64,000 bases of DNA from Capsulimonadaceae bacterium (lineage in GTDB: Bacteria > Armatimonadota > Armatimonadia > Armatimonadales > Capsulimonadaceae): NCBI GenBank assembly GCA_965215505.1, contig OZ244065.1:640001-704000 (forward strand), given 5' to 3'. Below are positions 28,069 to 38,105 of the stretch, in pieces; position 1 is the stretch's first letter; each line of letters starts with the position of its first letter. Made by a program: the position numbers and the translations under genes. The notes under the pieces were generated by a model. That model was given only the letters and a program-made list of their open reading frames with translations. It did not search any database and was not told the DNA's origin.

Positions 28069-29184
28069 ATGCACGACCTCTCACAGCAGCTACTCATCGC
28101 CTTGCAGCTCGGCAGCATCTACGCCCTGATCGCACTGGGCTACACGATGGTTTACGGCGTCCTCAAGCTCATCAACTTCGCACACGGCGACGTTTACATG
28201 GTTGGCGCGTATGCCGGACTGGGCACGGCCAACATCGGCATGGCGACCGTCCTGGGCGGCGGCATGGCCGCCTTCCTGCACACAAGGACACTGGTTCCCT
28301 CCTGGCTAGGCGCGATCCTGGTGCTGCTGGCGGCCATGCTGCTCTGCGCCCTGCTCGGGCTGGTGATCGAGCAGGCCGCCTACCGGCCCCTGCGGACGCG
28401 GGCCTGGATCGCGCCCGCCGTGTTCCTGGGCGCGGCGGTCGGCTACGTCGCTTACGAGATCGCGCTCAACTCGAACCTCACGCCCGCCTCTTCCGTCGCC
28501 ATCGGGCTGGCCGCGTGGCTGGGACTGGCCGCCCTCCTCTTCACGACGCAGCGGCGGCGCACGCCGGGCAGCGCCTCGCGGCTGACCGCCCTGATCACGG
28601 CCATCGGCGTCTCGCTCTTCATCGAGAACTTCGGCGTATTGAAACAGGTATTCTCGTCCGAGCCGCGCTTCTTCCCGCCCATCGTTGCCCTCTCGCCCGC
28701 CGTGGAGAACGCCCTGATCTTCGGCGTCTCGCTCACGCTGATGGTCGCCCTGACTTATATCGTGACCCGGACGCGCGTCGGCAAAGCCATCCGGGCGGTC
28801 TCGTTCGACGCGGACGCTGCCGCGCTCATGGGGATCAACACGGACCGCGTGATCGCCTTCACCTTCATGCTCGGCGCGTCGCTGGCCGGGGCGGCGGGCG
28901 TGCTGGTCTTCGGGCTACAGCACACGCACTTCGACCCCTATGTCGGCATCCTGTACGGCCTGAAAGCCTTCGTCGCCGCCGTGCTGGGCGGCATCGGCAA
29001 CATCCCCGGCGCGGTCTTGGGCGGGATCATCATGGGGCTGGCCGAGACACTGGTCGTGGCTTACGGCCCGCGCGTCGGCATTGACAGCACCTACCGCGAC
29101 GCCGTGGCCTTCCTGCTGCTGATCGTGATCCTGCTGTTCCGCCCGGCGGGGCTGCTCGGGCGGTTCGCCCCGGAGAAGGTGTAA
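28069..29184 (+). CDS. livH: Branched-chain amino acid ABC permease
   Basis: YALIALGYTMVYG..INFAHG and KAFVAAVLGGIG. Confidence 0.92.
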   Translation: MHDLSQQLLIALQLGSIYALIALGYTMVYGVLKLINFAHGDVYMVGAYAGLGTANIGMATVLGGGMAAFLHTRTLVPSWLGAILVLLAAMLLCALLGLVIEQAAYRPLRTRAWIAPAVFLGAAVGYVAYEIALNSNLTPASSVAIGLAAWLGLAALLFTTQRRRTPGSASRLTALITAIGVSLFIENFGVLKQVFSSEPRFFPPIVALSPAVENALIFGVSLTLMVALTYIVTRTRVGKAIRAVSFDADAAALMGINTDRVIAFTFMLGASLAGAAGVLVFGLQHTHFDPYVGILYGLKAFVAAVLGGIGNIPGAVLGGIIMGLAETLVVAYGPRVGIDSTYRDAVAFLLLIVILLFRPAGLLGRFAPEKV

Positions 29185-30377
29185 TGGCCGCCACCTACCC
29201 CGCCCCCTCGCAGAAGACGCCCACGGCAGCCAAGGCCCGCCCACTCTGGCTCCGCCTGGGCGGCATCGCCCTGCTTATTGCCCTGCTGCTAGGCCTAGAC
29301 CACCTGATGTACGGCGCGGACCGGGTGGCGCACGACCAGTACAAAGAGGACATCCTGATCCGTTGCGGCCTGGCAATCATCCTGGCCGTTTCGCTGAACA
29401 TCGTCAACGGGTTCACCGGGCAGTTCTCGCTGGGCCACATCGGGTTCTACATGGTGGGCGCGTATGTCGGGGCGGCCCTTTCCACCTACGGACACGCGCG
29501 CCTGTTCCCGCACCTGCCGACGGACGGCTCGCCGGTCGGCATCCTGGAAGGGGCGTGGCCGGTTCTGGCGACGAGTCTTGCGGGCGGGCTGGCGGCGGCG
29601 GCCATCGGGTTCCTGGTCGGCCTGCCCTCGCTGCGGCTGCGCGGGGACTACCTCGCCATCATCACGCTGGGCTTCGCGCAGATCATCCTGGTCATCATCC
29701 GCAACATCAAGGCCGTGGACGGCGCGACCGCCTTCACCGGCCTGCCCGTCGCGAGCCAGGACCAGTCCCTGATGCACGTCGCGACGCCGCACATGACGAA
29801 CCTGTTCTGGGTGTTCCTGGTCGCCGCCCTGGTGCTGTGGGTGGCCTACAGCCTGCGCTTCTCGGTCCACGGGCTGGCCTTCCTGGCCGTGCGCGAGGAC
29901 GAGATCGCCGCCGAAGCCATGGGCATCAACACCACGCGCTATAAGGTGCTGGCCTTCGTCCTGAGCGCCTTCTTCACCGGCATCGCGGGGGCACTGTTCG
30001 CCCACTACCAGTCGTCGCTGTCTAACGAGTCGTTCCGGTTCGAGCGCTCCATTGATACGGTCGTGATGGTGGTCCTGGGGGGGCTGGGGAGCATCAGCGG
30101 CGTCGCCATCGCCGCCGTCCTGCTGACGGTCCTGCCGGAAGCCCTGCGGCCCATCGCCGAGTACCGGCTGGTGGTCTATCCGCTCCTGCTGGTCATCCTG
30201 ATGCTGACGCGCCCGCAGGGAATCTTCGGGCGCGAGGAGATCGGCCGCGCCTGGCTGGCCGGGCAGGTCGGGGCCGTGCGCGGCTGGCTCGGCCGCCGCC
30301 CCGTGCAAACGCCTGCCCTGGAGACGGGCCGCGACGTGATGACGACGGCGCGGGACCGCGACGATGTGGACGTCTGA
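29184..30377 (+). CDS. livM: Branched-chain amino acid ABC permease
   Basis: GQFSLGH, RLRGDYLAIITLGF and REDEIAA. TAATG coupling with livH. Confidence 0.92.
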   Translation: MAATYPAPSQKTPTAAKARPLWLRLGGIALLIALLLGLDHLMYGADRVAHDQYKEDILIRCGLAIILAVSLNIVNGFTGQFSLGHIGFYMVGAYVGAALSTYGHARLFPHLPTDGSPVGILEGAWPVLATSLAGGLAAAAIGFLVGLPSLRLRGDYLAIITLGFAQIILVIIRNIKAVDGATAFTGLPVASQDQSLMHVATPHMTNLFWVFLVAALVLWVAYSLRFSVHGLAFLAVREDEIAAEAMGINTTRYKVLAFVLSAFFTGIAGALFAHYQSSLSNESFRFERSIDTVVMVVLGGLGSISGVAIAAVLLTVLPEALRPIAEYRLVVYPLLLVILMLTRPQGIFGREEIGRAWLAGQVGAVRGWLGRRPVQTPALETGRDVMTTARDRDDVDV

Positions 30378-30470
30378 GGCGTTCACCCACCGGTGATCGG
30401 CTGCTCCAGACGCTGCGGCTCTTGCTTGAACGATCCGGCGCGGCCCGGTACAATGGCGACAAGAGGCATC

Positions 30471-31145
30471 ATGAAATTACTTCTCACTTCCGCCGGCATC
30501 AAAAACGCGAGCATCCACGACGCGCTGGTCGGCCTCCTCGGCAAACCGATTACAGAGTCCAATGCCCTCTGCATCCCCACCGCGATGTACGGGCACCCCA
30601 TGGCCGGACCCGGTCCGGGGGCATGGCGTTTCATCAGCGGACGAGAAACCCGCACCCCGATGTGCGAGCTGGGTTGGAAGTCCCTGGGAGTGCTGGAACT
30701 CACCGCGCTCCCCAGCATCGATGAGGAGCGTTGGGTTCCCAAGGTCCGGGAAACCGACGTGCTGCTGGTGGCGGGCGGCGATGCGCTGTACCTCTGCCAC
30801 TGGATGCGTCAGTCCGGGCTGGCGGACCTCCTGCCGTCGCTGCGTGAGACGGTCTGGGTGGGACTGAGCGCCGGGAGCATGGTGATGACCCCCCGCATCG
30901 GGGCGGACTTCGTCGGCTGGATGCCGCCCGCTGGTGGCGATGAAGCGCTAGGGATCGTCGACTTCTCGATCTTCCCACACCTGGATCACGAGGACCTGCC
31001 GGAGAATACCATGGCCGACGCGGAAAGGTGGGCGGCCGGCCTGCCGTCGCTGTCCTACGCGATTGACGACCAGACCGCCATCAAAGTGGTCGATGGTGCC
31101 GTTGAAGTCGTCTCCGAGGGGCATTGGAAGCTGTTCACGCCGTAA
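30471..31145 (+). CDS. Peptidase S51 (PepE-like) / class I GATase-like protein
   Basis: MKLLLTSAG, IPTA, GGD, GLSAGS and FPH. Confidence 0.88.
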   Translation: MKLLLTSAGIKNASIHDALVGLLGKPITESNALCIPTAMYGHPMAGPGPGAWRFISGRETRTPMCELGWKSLGVLELTALPSIDEERWVPKVRETDVLLVAGGDALYLCHWMRQSGLADLLPSLRETVWVGLSAGSMVMTPRIGADFVGWMPPAGGDEALGIVDFSIFPHLDHEDLPENTMADAERWAAGLPSLSYAIDDQTAIKVVDGAVEVVSEGHWKLFTP

Positions 31146-31210
31146 CATCCAAGATGTTGGGTGGGTTCACTCGCGTTCACCCGCGATTTCTGGTCACACT
31201 CCCCGGTGGC

Positions 31211-34120
31211 CTACTTCACGTCCACGGCGAGCGTGACGGCCTCGTCACAGGGCAAGTGCCGCCCCTCTTCCGATAACGCCCCATAAAATGCTTCGCCCAA
31301 GACGGCCCGGACCTGGGCGGCGCAGCGCTCCGTTTCCGCCGCCCCGGCGGGCGTGGGGACGACGCCCAGCGCGTCGCCCAGTGCTTGTGATGCGCCGAGG
31401 AGCCGGGCCGCCGAGGCCGCACGGCCTTCGGCCAGCGCGAGGGCGGCACATTCTTCCAACGTCACCATGATCTGATGCGTGTCGGCCTGTTTCTGGTGCA
31501 GGCCGAGGCTCTCGGCCAGCCGCAACCGGGCAGACGCGGGCTGCCCCTGGCGCAGAGCCAGGCGGCCAAGCCCGCGCAGTGCGACCGCCGTGTCCCCGTC
31601 CTCGCCGGTTTCGCGCGATACGGCCAGGCTTTCCTCGAACAAGGCGCGGGCCGTTTCCCACTCCTCCCGGTCAAGGGCGACGAGTGCCAGACTGATCTGC
31701 ACCAGCGCCAGCGGGCCGCTGCCGTGTTCCCGGCAGAGGGCGAGGCTCCGTTCAAAGCAGGCCCGCGCCGCCGCCGACTCGTTCAACCCCTGCTCGATCT
31801 CGCCCAGATTATACAGGGCAAAGGCCAGGTTGCGGCTGTCACCGTCCGCCTCGTGGATGCGGACGGCGGCGGCATACAGGGCGCGCGCCTGGGCATAATC
31901 CCCCTGCCAGTGGGCAATGATCGCCAGCCCGCCCAGAGAGGTCGTGCTGTGGTGTCCTTCCCCTTCGATCTCCCGAGCCTGCGTCAGAGCCAGCGTGAAG
32001 TTCGCCTTCGCCTCCTCATGCCGCCCCTGGTAGAGCAGGGCATTGGCCAGCATCTGCCGCGACTTCAGGGGGCCGATCCTGTCGTCCAGCGTGTCCCAGA
32101 GCGAAAGAGCGGCCTCACTGTAAGTCTGCGTCGCCGGATAGTCGCCCTGCCAGTAGGCCAGGAAGCACGCGCCGTGAAGGGCGGCGGCGCGCAGGGCGGG
32201 CGGGGCATCCTCGCCACGCGCCAGGGCTGCCCTGACGCGCCCGCACCCCTCACGCAAGTAGCCGCGCATGGCCCAGAACTGGACGAGCGCGGCGGCAAGG
32301 CGCAGCTCGGTTTCTGCACCGTCCGTGTCAGCGTGGGCGGCGTCAAGGGCCGCGCGCAGGTTGTCGTTGTCGGCCTCCAGGCGCTCCAGCCAGTGCGCCT
32401 GGGCGGGGCCGCGCAGGGCCGCCCGCGATGCTTCCGCTTGGGCCGTGAAGTGGTCGCCGTGCCGCGTCCGCAGCCGCGCCCGTTCTTCTTCCGGGAGGTG
32501 TTCATCGGCGAACTCGCGCAAAGTTTCCAGCAGGCGGAAGCGCGGCTCCGCCCCGTCGTGTTCCACCGTCACTAGCGACCGCTCCCGGAGCTGAGTCAGG
32601 AACTCCAGTGCCGCCGGTTCCGCGCAGACCGCCTGCGCCGCCTCCACTGTGCAGCCGCCCCGGAAGACCGACAGGCCCGCGAAGAAGCGCTGCAAGGCGG
32701 CGGGGATCAAGTCATAACTCCACGCCACGGCGGCCCACAGGGACCGGTGGCGCCCATCCTTGTCCCCGCGCCGCCCGGTCAGCACTTCGAAACGATGCGC
32801 CAGGCGCTCGTTCATCTGGGCGGGGGAAAGGACAGACGCCCTCGCCGCCACCAGCTCGATGGCGAGGGGGAGGCCTTCCAGGTTCCGGCACAAGGCGGCG
32901 ACGGCGGCGGCGTTGCCGCGCGTGAGCTGGAAGTCCGGGCGGGCGGCCTGCGCGCGGTCCACGAAGAGCTGCGCGCCCGCCGACTCCGCGACCCGGTCGG
33001 GCGTCTCGGGCGCATCCGGCGGGGGCAATGGGGGGATGGAGAGGGGGCGGACCGGCTGCTCGCGCTCGCCGGGCAGGGCGAGCCGGCGGCGTGAGGTGAC
33101 CAGGCAGGCCAGGGCGGGCAGGCGGGTCAGCAGGGAAAGGACCAGGGGAGCGCCGCGCTCGACCAGATGTTCAAAGTTGTCCAGCACGAGCAGGGCTGGC
33201 GGCAGGGCGGACAGCGCGGCCACGACCTGGTCCAGCGGCTCGGCGGCATCGTCGCGGGGGAGGGCCAGCGCCTCGGCGACGGCGGCAGGGATCAGGCGGG
33301 CATCGGACAAGTCGGCGAGGGGGACGAAGCAGACCGGACCGGCAAAGCGGCTGCCGGGATGGGCGCTGATCTGCCGGGCCGTTTCCACAGCCAGCCGGGT
33401 CTTGCCCACCCCGCCCGGCCCGGAGAGCGTCACCAGCCGCGTGTCCGGCGCTTCCAACGCTTCAACGGCCCGCGCGCGGTCCTGCTCCCGCCCGAAAAAC
33501 CGTGTGAATTGGAGGGGCAGCCGGAGGAGGCGCGGGGCGGGCGTGACGCGCTCCAGGTCCACCGCAGCGTCGAACTCTGGAGGAAGGCCTGACGGCGTCC
33601 AGGCGGCCAGCTCTTTCTGCTGCGCGCGAATCTCATCATACACAGCGGCCAGACGCTCCCGCTCCTCCACCACCCAGTCGTCGTAGGAGCCTGGCAGCAG
33701 GTTCCCGCCGTAGAGTGCGGCAGCGCGGGCCAGCGCGTCGCGCCTTGCGGTCGGGGGGGCGGTACGGGCTGCCGCCGCCCAGGCCGCCTCGAAGTCGGCG
33801 ACATCACAGCGGAAGGCATCGGCGTTGAGGCCGACGAAACTGCGGTCGGCGACCAGGACGCTGCCGGGGGGCAGGGGTGGCGGCTCTAGCTGGCGGCGCA
33901 GGGAGGCGATGGCGACGCGCAGGTTCAGACGGCCCGAAGGCAGATCGGCCTCCGGCCAGAGCAGGTCACACAGCTCCTCACGCGAGTGGGCACGCCGGGG
34001 GTAAAGCGCCAGCCGTGCCAGCAGAACGGCGACGCGCGAAGTGGCGAACCGGGTGATCGTCGTCTCGCCCATCTGCGCGCGCAAAGCGCCCAACAGTTGA
34101 ATCCGCCAGGGTGCGTCCAT
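31211..34120 (-). CDS. AfsR/SARP-type regulator (wHTH-BTAD-STAND ATPase-TPR)
   Basis: LCDLLWP, GPGGVGKT, LLVLDNFEH, GLPLAIEL and TPR-like repeats. Confidence 0.92.
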   Translation of the reverse strand: MDAPWRIQLLGALRAQMGETTITRFATSRVAVLLARLALYPRRAHSREELCDLLWPEADLPSGRLNLRVAIASLRRQLEPPPLPPGSVLVADRSFVGLNADAFRCDVADFEAAWAAAARTAPPTARRDALARAAALYGGNLLPGSYDDWVVEERERLAAVYDEIRAQQKELAAWTPSGLPPEFDAAVDLERVTPAPRLLRLPLQFTRFFGREQDRARAVEALEAPDTRLVTLSGPGGVGKTRLAVETARQISAHPGSRFAGPVCFVPLADLSDARLIPAAVAEALALPRDDAAEPLDQVVAALSALPPALLVLDNFEHLVERGAPLVLSLLTRLPALACLVTSRRRLALPGEREQPVRPLSIPPLPPPDAPETPDRVAESAGAQLFVDRAQAARPDFQLTRGNAAAVAALCRNLEGLPLAIELVAARASVLSPAQMNERLAHRFEVLTGRRGDKDGRHRSLWAAVAWSYDLIPAALQRFFAGLSVFRGGCTVEAAQAVCAEPAALEFLTQLRERSLVTVEHDGAEPRFRLLETLREFADEHLPEEERARLRTRHGDHFTAQAEASRAALRGPAQAHWLERLEADNDNLRAALDAAHADTDGAETELRLAAALVQFWAMRGYLREGCGRVRAALARGEDAPPALRAAALHGACFLAYWQGDYPATQTYSEAALSLWDTLDDRIGPLKSRQMLANALLYQGRHEEAKANFTLALTQAREIEGEGHHSTTSLGGLAIIAHWQGDYAQARALYAAAVRIHEADGDSRNLAFALYNLGEIEQGLNESAAARACFERSLALCREHGSGPLALVQISLALVALDREEWETARALFEESLAVSRETGEDGDTAVALRGLGRLALRQGQPASARLRLAESLGLHQKQADTHQIMVTLEECAALALAEGRAASAARLLGASQALGDALGVVPTPAGAAETERCAAQVRAVLGEAFYGALSEEGRHLPCDEAVTLAVDVK

Positions 34121-34258
34121 GGTGCCGACTCCCTCCGCTTCCTCTTTCTCTTAGAAGCAGAAAGCGTGCCAATGTGTCGTTCCAGCAGGGGAAGACAGTG
34201 ATAACAGCTATTCTACCAGATTATAGAGGAAGACGGAAGGGAAAGCGACCCGGACGAC

Positions 34259-35875
34259 TCACAGGCCGCCATAGACGACGTTCCCGCCGGCGACCGTGGC
34301 CCGCACGGACAGTCCCTGCGGCCACTCATCCGGCGGCAGAGAGAGCGGGTCCCCGTTCAGGACCACGAAGTCGGCGCGCTGGCCCGGCGCGATCCGGCCC
34401 CGGTCGGCCTCCTGGAAGACGCTGTAGGCCGCCCCCTCCGTATACGCGGTGAGGGCGTCGCGGACGGAGACGCGGTGGCCCGCGCCCAGGGTCCGGCCGG
34501 AGGGCGACCGGCGCAGGGCGGCGGCGGCGATCCCGTCAAGGGGTCGGCCGGGGACGACGGGGAGGTCCGAGCTGAAGACGAGCGGCAGGCCTGCCGCCTG
34601 CGTCTCGGTGTAGGGCATCAGCCGCTCGGCGCGCGAGCCGCCCAGGGCGTCGGCGTAGGCGTCGCCGAAGCGCATCAGGAACTCGGGCTGGTAGACGGGC
34701 AGGACGCCGAGCCGGGCCATGCGGCCCACCTGGTCCGGCCAGAGCAGCATGGCGTGTTCGATCCGGTGCCGGGCGTCTTGACGTGGCAGCCGCATCTGCG
34801 CCTTGCCGTAGGCGTTCAGGCAGAGATCAATGGCCGCGTCGCCGATGGCGTGGGCGGCGATCTGCCAGCCGGCCTCGTGGACGCGGGCGATCATGTGATC
34901 CAGCGCGTCTCCAGCCCAGACCGCCGTCCCCATCTCCTCGCTCTGCGTGAACGGCGAGCGCAGGAAGGCCGTCCGCGTGGTCAAGGCACCGTCGGTGAAT
35001 ATCTTGGCGGGGCCGATGCGGACCCAGTCCGTCTCGGTCGTCAGGTCGCCCGCCGCGGGGACGGTGTCCAGGCTCGCCAGATAGGCTAATGTCATCATCA
35101 GCGTGCAGCGGACCGAGAGCGCGCCGGAAACGGCGGCCTCGTGGTAGGCGGGGATCTCGGCGGCGCTGTCCCAGGCGGAGACGCCCGGCGTGGCGTCCAC
35201 GGCGCTCGTGATGCCCATGGCGTTCAGCGCGCGCCCCGCATTCCCCAGCGCGCGGACCTTTTCCGAGTGCGTCGGGTCGGGCGCGACGTGGTAGGCCAGG
35301 TCCACGGCGGTTTCCAGCAGTGTCCCGGTCGGCTCACCGGTTTCGTCCCGCACGATCGTGCCGCCGGGCGGGTCCGGCGTCTCGCGCGTGATGCCGGCGA
35401 GCTGCAAAACACGGCTGCTGACCGAGACGGCGTGGCCGCTGGCGTGAGTGATGAGGACGAACGGCCTGCCGCCCGCGACGGCATCCAGGTCCTGGCGGGT
35501 CGGGTGGCGGCGCTCGGCGAGGACGTTCTGGCTGTAGCCGCGCCCGCGTACCCACGTCTCCGGTCCGGCGTTCATCGCGTCCGCCCGCGCTTGCAGCAGG
35601 CCGATGAGGTCCGGGATGGTCCGTACATCGCTCAATGCGACCGCCGCGAGTGACAGGCCGAAGCCGAGGATGTGGCAGTGGGCATCGTGAAAGCCCGGCA
35701 GCAGCGTCGCCCCGTTCAGCGAAACGACGCGAGTTTCCGGCCCGGCCAGCGGCGGGACATCCTCGGCCCGGCCCACGGCAAGGATACGCCCCTGCGTCAC
35801 GGCGACACACGAGGCAGGCGAGTCCGTTAAAGGCAGGGCGGCATGGGTATAGATGAGGTCAGGTGGGGATGACAT
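34259..35875 (-). CDS. Amidohydrolase 3 family (YtcJ-like)
   Basis: PGFHDAHCH, KIFTDG, HAIGD, RIEH and SSD.P. Confidence 0.92.
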   Translation of the reverse strand: MSSPPDLIYTHAALPLTDSPASCVAVTQGRILAVGRAEDVPPLAGPETRVVSLNGATLLPGFHDAHCHILGFGLSLAAVALSDVRTIPDLIGLLQARADAMNAGPETWVRGRGYSQNVLAERRHPTRQDLDAVAGGRPFVLITHASGHAVSVSSRVLQLAGITRETPDPPGGTIVRDETGEPTGTLLETAVDLAYHVAPDPTHSEKVRALGNAGRALNAMGITSAVDATPGVSAWDSAAEIPAYHEAAVSGALSVRCTLMMTLAYLASLDTVPAAGDLTTETDWVRIGPAKIFTDGALTTRTAFLRSPFTQSEEMGTAVWAGDALDHMIARVHEAGWQIAAHAIGDAAIDLCLNAYGKAQMRLPRQDARHRIEHAMLLWPDQVGRMARLGVLPVYQPEFLMRFGDAYADALGGSRAERLMPYTETQAAGLPLVFSSDLPVVPGRPLDGIAAAALRRSPSGRTLGAGHRVSVRDALTAYTEGAAYSVFQEADRGRIAPGQRADFVVLNGDPLSLPPDEWPQGLSVRATVAGGNVVYGGL

Positions 35876-35984
35876 ATGCTGTCTCCAACAGGCGCGGCCC
35901 GAAATGGGTTCCTGCCGAGGAAGCAGGAGAAACGACCACGCCTCCCGAACCACACCGAAACCCGACCAACACAGGAGAACACCC

Positions 35985-36356
35985 ATGCCGACACGCGAGA
36001 TCGCCCGCTCCGAGTGGAAGACGTATTTTGACGAGTTCAGCCGTGCCCGCGCCGGGGAGCGCGTGACGGTGGAGCTGATCCATGACCCGCAGAGTGATCC
36101 GCAGTTCACGCTCCGGCGGCAGCCGCTCGTCGGCATCTCGTTTGAAGAGAAAGGCAGCGGCGAAGGCCAGATCGAGATCATCGCCGGGGGCGAAACCGAC
36201 GATTCGGCCACCCACGCCGTCACGCACCCGGTCCACGTCTACCACAAGAACGCGCGGGGCCTGATCAGCGACGAGGTAAACGTGGACGAGGTCCTGGAGA
36301 TCACTTCCACCGACGACCCGCGCATCACCTTCCTGCGTTTCGAGGCGGCGGAGTAG
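35985..36356 (+). CDS. DUF5335-like protein
   Basis: EWKTYFDEFSR...PLVGISFE...HAV..P. AGGAG RBS. Confidence 0.75.
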   Translation: MPTREIARSEWKTYFDEFSRARAGERVTVELIHDPQSDPQFTLRRQPLVGISFEEKGSGEGQIEIIAGGETDDSATHAVTHPVHVYHKNARGLISDEVNVDEVLEITSTDDPRITFLRFEAAE

Positions 36357-36388
36357 CCGCCTCTGCCCTGGCACCTGGAGGAGCCGCC

Positions 36389-36781
36389 ATGTCACAGCCG
36401 CCGCCCTGGCCGCCGCAGCCCGGCGGGCAGGGGCCACAGTACCCGCCGCCGTATGGACAGTACCCGCCGCAGCGCCTGCTTCAGCCCGTCAACGGTGGGC
36501 TGATCCTGACTCTGGGCATCCTGGGGCTGCTTCTCTGCAACCTGCTCGGTCCGGTCGCGGCCGTCATGGGTGGCAATGCGGTCGCGGCGATTGCCCGTGG
36601 GGAGGCCGATCCAAACGAGCGCGGGTCAGCGAATGCTGGCCGGATTCTGGGGATCATCAGCACGGTCTGCCTGGTCTTGTGGGCGTTAGGCCTGGCCATC
36701 GCCGTTGCCAGCCCGGACTTCCGCCAGGGCTTCGCGCGGGGATTCACCCAGAGCTACCACCGCACGGCCCCGAACCCGTGA
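36389..36781 (+). CDS. DUF4190-like membrane protein
   Basis: Pro-rich N-terminus, two TMs and A.AG.ILGII. Confidence 0.75.
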   Translation: MSQPPPWPPQPGGQGPQYPPPYGQYPPQRLLQPVNGGLILTLGILGLLLCNLLGPVAAVMGGNAVAAIARGEADPNERGSANAGRILGIISTVCLVLWALGLAIAVASPDFRQGFARGFTQSYHRTAPNP

Positions 36782-37638
36782 AGCCTCTCATCCAGTGTGT
36801 CCCCAACTTCAGCGAGGGCCGCCGGCCCGACGTCATCGCGGCCATTGTGGAGGCGGTGCGCGGGACGGCGGGTGTTCGGCTGGCGGACTGGAGCGCGGAC
36901 CCGGACCATAACCGGCTGGTAGTCACGTTCGTCGGCCCGCCCCCCGCCGTCCGCGAGGCCGCCCTGTCCGCCGCCGCCGTGGCCATCACGCGGATTGATC
37001 TGGGCAACCACGAAGGCGTTCACCCGCGCCTAGGCGCGCTGGACGTGCTGCCGTTCGTGCCGCTTTCGGGCTTGGCTCTAGCCGACTGCGCCGCCCTGGG
37101 CCGCGAGGTCGGGCAGGAGTTGGTGGCCCGGCACGGCCTGCCCGTGTTCCTCTACGAAGCCGCCGCACCCGAACCACGCTCCTTGCCACTTGTCCGCAAA
37201 GAAGCGTTCCAAACGCTGACGCCCGACTTCGGCCCGGCTATCCCCCACCCCACGGCTGGGGCCGCCGTCGTGGGGGCGCGTGGCCCGCTGATCGCCTACA
37301 ACGTCGTCCTCGCCGCGCCCGACCTGTCCATCGCCCGCGCCATCGCCCGCGAGCTGCGCGCCCTGCCAAATCTGCCCGGCGTGCGCGCGCTGGGCCTGCG
37401 CCTTCCCTCGCGCGGATTAACGCAGGTTTCGATGAACCTGACCCGCCCCGCCGACACGCCCCTGCTGTCCGTCTTCCGCCATGTCGAGGCGCGCGCCCTC
37501 GCCCTGGGCACGTCGGTCGTCGAGAGCGAGATCATCGGCGCGCTCCCCGGCCCCAGCGCCTTCGGCGTCCTGGCCGACGCGCTGCAAGCACCGGGCCTGA
37601 AGGCGGGGCAGGTATTATGGGAGGACTGGCCGGAGTAG
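36778..37638 (+). CDS. ftcD: Glutamate formiminotransferase
   Basis: CVPNFSEGR, DPDHNR, HPRLGALDV and QVSMNL. GTGA overlap with the upstream gene. Confidence 0.92.
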   Translation: MKPLIQCVPNFSEGRRPDVIAAIVEAVRGTAGVRLADWSADPDHNRLVVTFVGPPPAVREAALSAAAVAITRIDLGNHEGVHPRLGALDVLPFVPLSGLALADCAALGREVGQELVARHGLPVFLYEAAAPEPRSLPLVRKEAFQTLTPDFGPAIPHPTAGAAVVGARGPLIAYNVVLAAPDLSIARAIARELRALPNLPGVRALGLRLPSRGLTQVSMNLTRPADTPLLSVFRHVEARALALGTSVVESEIIGALPGPSAFGVLADALQAPGLKAGQVLWEDWPE

Positions 37639-37691
37639 ACCGCTTTTGGCATGACGCGCATCCTTTCAGCGCGGACTGCGTTTAGGACGAT

Positions 37692-37958
37692 ATGAACACA
37701 CCTGACACACAATTCGGCTGGATGTTCGTCGCCATCGCGGCTCTCTTCACGCTGGGACTCATTCCCCGCTTCGCGCGCCGCTTTTATCCCGGCTCGCCCA
37801 GCCTCCTCAGACGTCTGGCTGCGCCCGTGATCTTCCTGCTGCTGGCGGCGGCCTGCTTTGCGGGGATGGCTTTGCCCTCGTTGAGCCTGGTCGTGCTTCT
37901 GGGTACGGCAATGATCGCCGTCACCCGAAGGAAAGGCCGCAGGCCACCCCGCGTTTAG
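37692..37958 (+). CDS. Small membrane protein
   Basis: 88 aa, hydrophobic segments, AGGA RBS. Confidence 0.55.
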   Translation: MNTPDTQFGWMFVAIAALFTLGLIPRFARRFYPGSPSLLRRLAAPVIFLLLAAACFAGMALPSLSLVVLLGTAMIAVTRRKGRRPPRV

Positions 37959-38105
37959 CAAGGCGCGGCGCTCCCAACGCCGACAACCGCGTTAAACCGA
38001 AAAAACTTGTATAAAGGCGTGACCGAGGCGATTATCCGCGCAAATGTGCCGTATAATGGTTAATCGGCATTATTTGTCACAACGATTGAAGGGTAACACG
38101 GCTCC

